Source: Felis catus
Lineage: Eukaryota
Length of the DNA stretch: 60,000 nucleotides
Reading direction: 5' to 3'
Assembly (NCBI RefSeq): GCF_018350175.1
Contig: NC_058369.1
Location: 18,788,001-18,848,000 of the forward strand
This document shows positions 1 to 11,020 of this stretch, piece after piece. Position 1 is the first letter of the stretch. Every line of letters starts with the position of its first letter. A program made the translations under genes and the position numbers. The notes below the pieces were generated by a model. The model was not told the DNA's origin. It did no database searches and was given only the letters and a program-made list of their open reading frames with translations.

Positions 1-690
1 GCCCTGCCCTGGTATTAGCGGCCACAGAGCCAACAGCTTCTCCCGGATGCTAGGAAGGAAAGAGACAGGATGGAGTGCCGGAGTGGGGGCCCCTCCGCTT
101 TCACTTCCTTCTTGCTGTGGTACGGGAGCCGGTTGGCCTCACACAGACACCCTGGCACTGCACATGGGATGTGGCAGCCCATGCAAAGGCAGAGCGGCTT
201 GTGTTTGCAGATCGCAGTAAAGGGTGGTGGTACCCTGCTGGAGGCCATACGTAGGAGCTTGGGCTTCTTGCAGACTACTGATTTCAGGCTGGGTTTGGTG
301 GTTTATGTCTGGATCAGGCTGTGGGCTGTCAGGCCCCTGGCCTGTCCCCTGCCCCGCCCCAGGCCTAGGTGCAGGCTTTGTCCTCAGAGGCGGAGCCATG
401 GGTGCCCAAGGGGCTTTGACTGCTGAGCCATCAAGTGTGTGTGCGGAGATGGGTTTGAGCCCAGTCAGGACTCTTGCAGGACCCGTCCTCCCCCACAGTG
501 AGTCTGTGCAATGGCCTCTCACAGTCAGTGAATGCCATGCCCAAAGTCCCTAGATGACAGCTTGGGCCCAGACTGGCCCTTGAAGTCAGCTCTGGAGCCC
601 GCTGCCCAAGCCCACTCACCCTGCCAAGGGACGTGCCTGCCTCTGGAACCCCTGCTCCCGGCCAAGCACTCCTACTGCCCCATCCTGCAG

Positions 691-3600
691 GCTATGAAGA
701 GACTCTGACACGCCTGGCTGCCATCCTTGCCAAACACTTTGCCGATACACGCATCGTGGGCACTGGTGAGGTGCCCTACAAAGGGCTTGGGGATATGGGG
801 ATGGGATGGCACTTCTGGCTGGCCGTTTTTTGCAGAATGCCGGCCAGGTGGGCTTGAGGCATGGGGGCCGGGGCTCATGCCAGCTACCTGCTGAGGCACA
901 GCCTGTCCCAACAGACATCCGTGACTCGCTGATGCAGGCCCTGGCTAGCTACGTGTGCTACCCACACTCCCTGCGGGCTGTGGAGCGGATCCCTGAGGAG
1001 CAGTGAGTGGGGGTCGGAGCAGGGAGGCGGGCACTCTGACCTGCACAGCACCATGTCTGGCCTCACCCTGTGCCCACCACCCCTTGCCCTTGCAGGCGTA
1101 TTGCCATGGTAAGGAGCCTCCTGGCTCCCTATGAGCAGCGGCCCTGGGCCCAGACCAACTGGATCCTGGTGCGACTCTGGAGGGTAAGTGTGGTTGGATG
1201 GGAAGTGGCTATGGCTGGCTGAAGGGGAGGGTTTCCCTGCCTCCCTGACCCCCACTGACCCTACCCACAGGGCTGTGGCTTTGGGTACCGCTATACACGG
1301 CTGCCGCACCTGCTGAAAACCAAGCCAGAGGATGCCAACTTGCCTAGCCTCCAGAGTGAGTGTCCAGGTTGGGTGACCCGATGGCTCTGGCCCACTGCTG
1401 TTGGTCTTCTTGGACTCTTCTCGCTTCTCCTGGCCTGTCTCCCGGACTCCTGTTGGGCCCCAGCTCTGGCCCCCGGCATTTCCATTTCCCTGCTTCCTCC
1501 CAGTCCAAGGACACTCTGGGACACCTCCCCCTTGCTCCCCTGTCCCATGTGTGTCCTTTGGGCCTGAATGCTGTGCATGGGTCATGGTGAAAAGGGGCAG
1601 CATCTTCTCAGGGTGCTGGCAGCTTACTCAGAGTGAGGACTCCGAACCAGCTCCCTGACCTCCAGCCTCGTCCTGGCACCGTGTCCACCTCCCACTTCAG
1701 TGTACTTGAGTCAAGGCAGGGGCACAGACTGGGGCTTGGTCAGGGCCCCAGAGGGTGCCCATGGCGTTCCCAAGAGGAAGGGGAATTTGGTTGGGGGCAG
1801 AGGTTGTACTGTCTCTCCAGGGGCCATGGATGGCCCAGCAAAGCCCTGTGAGCCTGAGGACCTTCACCTAGGCCCCTCCTGGGTCCTGGGTTTTCTGCCT
1901 TGCAGTCTGCCTGCCATACTGTGCACTCACCCCACTTGGTGGTTTTCCTAGGCCTATGTGATGTGTTTCTGCCTTTATGGGCAGGGTTTTTGCACAAAAG
2001 GGTCCCCAGAGACTGGGTGCCTTGTGTGAAGTCACTCATCAAGTCCTTGCCGGTTTTCTTGGATGCACCAGCGGGTGGAACTGAGCTGCAGTTAGAGTGG
2101 CAGTGGGACTAGATACTCATCCTGCTGGCTGTAGGAACTATTGATTTGCACGGGGTGGGGGGTGGTGTCCAGCCCGGCTGTGGCTTAAGGGCTCTGGTTA
2201 CCGCTCCCCGTCAGCCCAGACTTGGCACCCACCACCTCGGCCATATGCCAAGGCCAGGCCAAGGGCAGCAGAGGAGAGTAGAGGACGGCAGGGCTCTGAC
2301 ACAGTAGGTCTTGGGGATGCTGGTCTTGAAATGAATGAGGAGAGGCCTAGGTCACCCTGTCTGGGTCTAGCCCTCTCTGAGGGGCATGCAGCTGAGGACT
2401 TCTTTGGGGGCAGGCTATGGCTGGGGGGCTGCTCTAGGCCAAAGGGATGCTGTGGGGCCAGGAATAACTTCAGCCTGTGGCTTGCCAGCAGGAGGAGGGA
2501 CAGATTTAGCCCTAACCCCCAAGCAGCACTGTACCCTGTCTTCCCTGCCTTCATGACCTGAGCATCCTCAGGGAGTCATCTTTTTGTCCTTACACCAATG
2601 GCCCAACAAGTCGGGACAGAGGTAGACAGGCAGGAACCACAGACCAGAGTCCCCAGTGATGCCACCGTGTCAATGCCCCTGCAGAGCCCTGCCCCTCCAC
2701 CCTGCTTCAGCAGCACATGGCAGACCTACTGCGGGAGGGTCCTGATGTGGCACCCAGCTTCCTCAACAGTGTCCTCAACCAGCTCAACTGGGCCTTCTCT
2801 GAGTTCATCGGCATGATCCAGGAGGTGGGTCATAGTGGGTCGCGTGGGCTGTGGTGTTGCAGAGGACCAGGCATGAACTGCAGTGTGGCCAGGCCACTGA
2901 CTGCCCACCTGCTGGTGGCTCAGATCCAACAGGCTGCCGAGCGCCTAGAGCGGAATTTTGTGGACAGCCGGCAGCTCAAGGTGTGTGCCACCTGCTTTGA
3001 CCTCTCGGTCAGCCTGCTGCGTGTCTTGGAGATGACCATCACGCTGGTGCCTGAGATATTCCTGGACTGGGCCCGGCCTACCTCTGAGATGCTGCTGCGG
3101 CGTCTCGCACAGGTGTGTCCATCTGGGCAGGGAGGGGGGCCCCTGGGGACCCCCCGGTGGTGAGCCCACCCATCCACTCCACCAATGGGCTCCTGCCCTC
3201 ACAGCTGCTGAACCAGGTGCTGAACCGGGTGACGGCCGAGAGGAACCTGTTTGACCGTGTGGTCACCCTGCGGCTGCCTGGTGAGGACCCAGTGCCCTGA
3301 ACCCAACATAGCACAAGCCTTGGTTCCTCTGCTAGGAGTTGTGACGCCTGATTGTCCATTCTGCATTGGGACAGGCAGGCTTGGTACCCTCAGCCTTAGG
3401 TCGCCCTTCTGTGGGGAGGACGGGGGGGCTCGCACTAGCCAGGAGGCCTGGATCCCTCTCCAGGATCCTTGGATCCCTCCTTTCCCTTCAGGCCTGGAGA
3501 GTGTGGACCACTATCCCATTCTGGTGGCTGTGACAGGCATCCTGGTGCGGCTCCTGGTGCATGGCCCGGCGTCGGGGTAAGTGTTAGGCACCAGGGCCCC

Positions 3601-6600
3601 ATGGGAGCTGGCATGGCTGATGGGGAGTGCACCAGGCAGGGTCTCCCTGCCGCCCGCCGTTTCTTCATCTCTAAAATGGACCTCAGCATCAGGCGTTGAG
3701 GCCAGGGGGAGGTCATGAGGTACAAACTGCCTAAACAGGTGGTAGCAGCAGTAGTTCTGAGTAGGAGAATCGGGGACCCCAGCAGAACAGGGTGCCCGAG
3801 CCGCATGGGCATAGCCACTGGCTTGTGGTTATACCTCAGGCATGGGCGGGGTGCTCTCCTGCAGCATCCAGCACAGCACTGCTGGGAAGGGGGGCTGAGT
3901 GCACACACTGATACTTGTGTTCACGAAGGCTCCGGTGACGAGCGTGTACCACCTTTATTAAGGAACTCCACGAACAACTGGATCCAGGACTTGTAGGAGC
4001 CCCCAGCTCAGCACCCACGCAGGAGGGGTTCCCAGGCCCCCCGCCCCCTTCCCTGCCTCCCTGTGGTGGGTGGTAAGAGCATATGAGACCAGGGCACTGC
4101 CTCAGCCATTAGACCAAGATCAGTGCCAGACCTTAAGAGGCTTCTACCCTCGAGGGACAGCAAGTTCCGGCTAGGCCCTCCCATCTTGGCCATGCTCGGG
4201 CTTTTTACTGCTAAAAAGCTGGGGGCACAGGCCATGTTGCCCCTTACTGCTGTCTTGTGAGCCCACAGGAGAGGCTGTGCTCTCAGAGTGGTCTGTGGCT
4301 GCCCCTGACCAGAGGGAGCAGGGCCACTCTGGCTGATGCTCAGGCCAGGCCCTCTGGGGGGTCTCTTGAGGAGCCCCACCTGCTTCCTTCCTGCCCAGCA
4401 GACTGCATGGAGTTGTGGAGCTTGAAGTAGGTTGGATGTTGGTGCATGTTTCCTCCTTCCACCCTGGGTGGAGGCCTAGGTCTTCCTTTGGAGCCCTTCT
4501 CCTCTTCCCCTGTGGGCCCACTCTCTTCCTGTCCCCTTGGGAAGGGGAAGATGGTTATGCTTCAGTACTTCACCACGGCTTGGTAGCTGCCTTGGCCTCT
4601 GAGGTGGTGTACCTAGGGCTCTCAGGCAAGGGCTCTTCCAGATGGCCCCAGTTCCAGTCCTCGTGGGACGTGTGGGCACCAGTAGGTCCTGCTAGGGTCT
4701 AGGGCCTTTGGGCCCTGTGTTAGAGCAGAGCAGGAGAGAGGGTGGGGAGCCCAGCCCCTCCATTAGTGAGTGGGGCTGCTGTGGTTGAGGTCAAGGCCGT
4801 GCAGGAGGCTGGAGGACCAAACCCAGCGCTCCCACCAGCATCTGGCAGTTGTCAGGGCGGCAGCAGGGAGCAGGGCGAGCAGCGGGTGGCAAGTGGCCTG
4901 GCTCTGGGCCCAGGGCAGCCTAGGTCATCACCAGACCCTCAGAGCCCGTGGAGCTAGCAGACTCAGAGCCAGCCTTGAGCCGCAGGCCCACAGGATTGTA
5001 GAGATCAAAGTCCTCGGCTACTGCCAGCTGCACACGCCCATTGAGGCCCCTCCTGCCCGGCTCCAGAAAGACCACATGCTTGTGGACACTGGCCTTGCGG
5101 CTGGGCACATCCGGTGGTGTGCTGAGCACTGAGGACTGTGCGCTCAGCTCCTGGAGGGGGCTGGGTGCCCGGGGCCAGCGGCGGCAGTGGCAGGTGCGAC
5201 GGTAGCAGCGGCGGCAGCCTGGGCAGGGTGGCGCAAAAAGGTAGAGCAGCACGAGCACCAGGCCCACAGCACAGCCCAGCAGGGTGGTGAAGCCTGTGTT
5301 GAAAGCCTCGGGCTCAGGGTGTGGGAAATGCACGCTCACGTTGTACTCGTGCGTCTGGTTGTGATGCAGGCGGGGCCCGGCTGCCAGGCACACAAAGACC
5401 CCCTCGTGCTGTGGCTGCACATTGCTGATGGCCAAGCTGCCATCAGCCAGCACTGCGATGCTGCCATCTCGGGATCCTGGTGCCACCAGCAGCTCGTGCT
5501 GTGGTGACACCCAGGCGATGCGCACGGCTGGGGCACTGGTGTTGCAGTGCAGCCTCAGGGACCGACCCATCTGCACGTGCAGCTGCACTTCGGGCTGCTC
5601 TAGGCCCTGAGCCAGGGAAGCTGAGCAATTCTCAAAGACACGGCTGTGCTCAAAGAAGCGCACACGGGATGTGGGTACCTTGAAGGCCAGGCACATGTAC
5701 TCTCGGGCAAAGTCACTCACAGCGCTTAGGCCCCGCTGATGCCAGCGCTGCAGCAGGTGGTAGAGACGGCAGTCACAGGGTAATGGATTGTTGTGCAGGT
5801 AAAGGCCGTTCTTAAGAAAGGCTGGCAGTGCAGCCAGGTCAGGTACTGGGATGCGTCCCAGGCGGTTGGAGGAGAGATCCAGAGTACGTAGGTGGGTCGT
5901 GCCCAGACCGTGCAGGTGGTCAAAAGAGAAGGAGGAGAGTTCGTTGCAGCCCAGGTAGAGGCGGCTGAGTGCGCCCAGGCCATGGAAGGCGTGCTCATCC
6001 AAGTGCGCTAAGCGGTTATTGAACAGAAGCAGCCTCTCGAGCGCCCCCAACCCTTCGAGGTCGTGGCGGCCAAGCGCCCGCAGCGCGTTAGATGATAAAT
6101 CGAGTAGCCGCAGGCCGCTGGCGTTGGTGAAGACTCCGTGACCTAGCACGTCCAGTTCGTTGTGGCCTAGGCGCAGGGCGCGCAGCCGGGAGAGTGGCGC
6201 CAGCCAGCCGGGGCGGAGGCGCTGGAGCGCGTTGTGGCTCAGGTCGAGGTCTGCAGCAGCGGCAGGCAACGCAGCCGGCACGTCCTGCAACCCCAGGCCC
6301 GCGCAGCTCAGCAGGTCAGCGGCGCACACACATCTGTAGGGGCAGTTATGGGGTGCAGAGGGCAAAAAGCCCTCTGAGCCCAGACTGCCCACCCCGACGC
6401 GCGGCATGCACAGCAGTGCGCCCAGCAGCACCAGCCAGGCCATGGTGGTGACTGCCGGGGGTGGAATGGGGCAGTTCTGTGTGGGGCGCGGCTCCAGGAC
6501 TCACCCACTTCTGCTGGATGTGGGCTCCACCCCACACGCCAACCGCCCCTGCTTCCCGGGTCCAGGTCGGGACTTGGGGCCGAGCTCCACTCAGCACTCC

Positions 6601-7959
6601 CTCCTCCGGCTTCCCCAGCTCTCCGGGTGCTTCCCCGATCGGCTTCTAAATACTCTCCTGGAGGAGGGCGGGGCCTCGGCCTCCCATTGGCCCCAGGCTG
6701 GAGGGGGTGGGGCACCCCCCCCCAACCTCGACCTAGGTTCCAGGGTGGCCGCCAGAGGGGGCGCGAGTCCGTCTCTGATATCCCAGCCTGTTCTTAGCCT
6801 ATGGCTTTCCCTGGTGCCTGTCTTCCCGGGAATAGTAGCAGGGAAACCTGGGAGGCACGCCTTTAAGCTGCTAGTGCTATTTATTTGTTTTCTTTGGAGT
6901 TAGTGTATATTAGGGGGTAGGTAGAGTTTCAGTATCTGCTAGTCACCATTTAAACTGGTACAAGGGCTGTATGGTTCTTACTGGGACCCAGGACTGGGCG
7001 GGGAGGGTAGGGGGTGTGGCAGTGTGAGCAGCAGGGAGATGAGGTGGGACAGAGGCAATTCAGGTGGGCTGAATTGTCCCCCCCACCCCTCCAATAGGTA
7101 TCGTTTTCAGATAGGCCCAACCTTCTGACTACCCTTGCACCCTCTCCCACCCAGGACAGAAAGAGCCACGTCAGTGCTCCTGGCTGATCCCTGCTTCCAG
7201 CTCCGCTCTATATGCTATCTCCTGGGGCAGCCAGAGCCTCCTGCCCCTGGCACTGTCCTGCCTGCCCCTGACCGGAAGCGCTTCTCCCTACAGAGCTGTG
7301 AGTGGGCCAGGGGTGGGTCAGGGAAGAGGGATCCGGGACTGGCCTAGGTGAGGAGTCTCCAGAAGAGCAAATTCCCAAGTTGTGGTATTTAAGAGGCACT
7401 GGGTTCTAGGGCCACGTTGGGTCTGACAACTGCCACCAACCCCCAGACACAGATTACATCAGCGTTGAGGAGCTGGCCCAGGTGGAACAGATGCTGGCAC
7501 ACCTGACTTCTGCGTCGGCCCAGGCAGCAGCTGCCTCCCTGGTGAGTGGGAGTCACTGCACACACGTCCACACCACCCAAACACACGTTAGCACAAATGT
7601 GCATACCACACACGTGTGGCATGTGCCCTTGTCTGGGTATCTGACCCCAGCCCACCCTGCACTCTGCTCCCTGCAGCCCACCAGCGAGGAGGATCTCTGC
7701 CCCATCTGCTATGCTCACCCCATTTCTGCCGTGTTCCAGCCCTGTGGCCACAAGTCCTGCAAGTAAGTGGGCCCCATTGGTGCAGGGGGCTGGGGAAGCA
7801 GCAGGGATACACAGACCCTCCTCCTCCTCCCGTTGTAGAGCCTGCATCAACCAGCATCTGATGAACAACAAGGATTGCTTCTTCTGCAAAGCCACCATCG
7901 TGTCTGTAGAGGACTGGGAGAAGGCAGCCAGTACCAGTACCACTTCCTCGGCAGCCTAG
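691..7959 (+). CDS. RNF123: E3 ubiquitin ligase RNF123 (KPC1), 3' part: join(691-765,915-1002,1096-1183,1271-1355,2685-2824,2924-3112,3205-3280,3492-3576,7155-7297,7447-7541,7677-7762,7839-7959); 5' exons lie upstream of the window
   Basis: Twelve GT-AG-bounded exons splice in frame (1271 nt plus 1 split base = 423 aa + TAG at 7957-7959). Peptides include [42 protein letters not shown] and [22 protein letters not shown], and a C-terminal C3HC4 RING ([38 protein letters not shown]). Confidence 0.96.
3954..3959 (-). terminator. AMIGO3: AATAAA polyadenylation signal, probably for AMIGO3 (about 1 kb 3' UTR)
   Basis: TTTATT on + strand; first canonical hexamer I found downstream of the AMIGO3 stop at 4920. 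Confidence 0.7.
4920..6443 (-). CDS. AMIGO3: Amphoterin-induced protein 3 (LRR/Ig type I membrane adhesion protein), 507 aa, intronless CDS nested antisense in RNF123 intron 3577-7154
   Basis: ORF with strong Kozak (accaccATGG), signal peptide, LRRNT ([14 protein letters not shown]), LRR repeats ([16 protein letters not shown]), LRRCT ([11 protein letters not shown]), Ig domain, TM segment ([23 protein letters not shown]) and the AMIGO tail KHVVFLEP...NGRV; synteny agrees. Confidence 0.97.
   Translation of the reverse strand: MAWLVLLGALLCMPRVGVGSLGSEGFLPSAPHNCPYRCVCAADLLSCAGLGLQDVPAALPAAAADLDLSHNALQRLRPGWLAPLSRLRALRLGHNELDVLGHGVFTNASGLRLLDLSSNALRALGRHDLEGLGALERLLLFNNRLAHLDEHAFHGLGALSRLYLGCNELSSFSFDHLHGLGTTHLRTLDLSSNRLGRIPVPDLAALPAFLKNGLYLHNNPLPCDCRLYHLLQRWHQRGLSAVSDFAREYMCLAFKVPTSRVRFFEHSRVFENCSASLAQGLEQPEVQLHVQMGRSLRLHCNTSAPAVRIAWVSPQHELLVAPGSRDGSIAVLADGSLAISNVQPQHEGVFVCLAAGPRLHHNQTHEYNVSVHFPHPEPEAFNTGFTTLLGCAVGLVLVLLYLFAPPCPGCRRCYRRTCHCRRWPRAPSPLQELSAQSSVLSTPPDVPSRKASVHKHVVFLEPGRRGLNGRVQLAVAEDFDLYNPVGLRLKAGSESASSTGSEGLVMT
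6600..6790 (-). promoter_or_regulatory. AMIGO3: Putative AMIGO3 core promoter at the edge of a CpG-rich region (about 5980-6780)
   Basis: On - strand: TATA-like TATTTAGA (6645-6652), GC box GGGCGGGG (6666-6673) and CCAAT (6686-6690), in conventional order upstream of the ATG. Confidence 0.55.
6880..6885 (-). terminator. AATAAA hexamer, candidate distal poly(A) signal for long GMPPB 3' UTR isoforms
   Basis: TTTATT on + strand; first canonical hexamer I found downstream of the GMPPB stop on the - strand. Confidence 0.3.
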
Positions 7960-8157
7960 CCCACACAGCAGCAGCCTCCACCCTTGAACTCAGACCCAGG
8001 CTGGGCCCTATTTATGAGCTCCTCTTGCCCTATTCCCCATGTCCTCCCCCATCCCCGCCATGTCCAACCTCCTTGTCTGAGTGTAACCTCATTGGCGGGA
8101 ACCCAGCCGTGTCCTAATTGTGCCTGAGCTTGACTTTCAGTCAGGGCCACAGTGAAC

Positions 8158-8163
8158 ATTAAA
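8158..8163 (+). terminator. RNF123: ATTAAA polyadenylation signal of RNF123
   Basis: ATTAAA about 200 nt after the stop, in the only AT-rich patch of a GC-rich 3' UTR. Confidence 0.75.
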
Positions 8164-8394
8164 TTATTATTCCATACAGCCCTGGCCCGGACCTTCTTGA
8201 GGGAGTAGGCTTTGTAGAGGATGCCCAGCAAGGATCCTGCCAGATTACGTCCACAAGAGAGGGCAGGTGTCCAACAGCTTCAGCCTTGTCTAGTCCTCTG
8301 AGATAACGGCGAGTCCAGGGCCTTTTGATGTGTCAAGCCAGAGCTCCCCATGCCAGTAGAGAAATGGAGATTCAGCCAGCCCCATGGTATCCCC

Positions 8395-10565
<2,171 letters not shown>

Positions 10566-11014
10566 CTACCCGGGACCGCACACAGGAAGAAGCGACGCCA
10601 GACGGATAGCTGCTGGCCCGGAACTCAGGCCGGACCTAGGCGGGGGGTGACGTTGGCCCGAGCCGGCCAATCGGCTGCCGTATACGTGGCACGGACGCCG
10701 ACGTCGGAGCGCCGGGGCGCGGCGTTCTGGCAGACGTAGCCAATGAGAGCCCGAGCACGCCGAGCTGCCATGGGGACCGGGACGGGGTCTGCGGGTCAGC
10801 TGCCCATTGGCGGATCCAAAGGCGGAACTGGCGCCAAGGGCGAGGCTTTCTCGCCCACGGGTGCCGGGGTCCGCTGCCGCGCGGCCGTTTCCGGCCCCGC
10901 CCCGGCGCAGCGGCTCGTGGGACTCGGCGGAGGGACGCGGGGCAACGGGGTTGGACCAGCCTCCCGGGAGCCGCGGGACTGCAAAGACGCGGACACAGCT
11001 CAGTTTCTAGCGGC

Positions 11015-11020
11015 TTTATT
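11015..11020 (-). terminator. IP6K1: AATAAA polyadenylation signal of IP6K1 (3' UTR about 2.9 kb)
   Basis: TTTATT on + strand; on the - strand it is preceded by UGUA and followed by a GU-rich tract (GCTGTGTCCGCGTCTTTG). Confidence 0.75.

Noticed and set aside
884..1603. 239-aa - strand ORF
   Set aside because: Antisense to RNF123 exons and introns in GC-rich DNA; no recognisable domain
10667..10690. Canonical ERSE (CCAAT-N9-CCACG)
   Set aside because: Spacing and orientation do not match; reported only as an ACGT/CCAAT cluster
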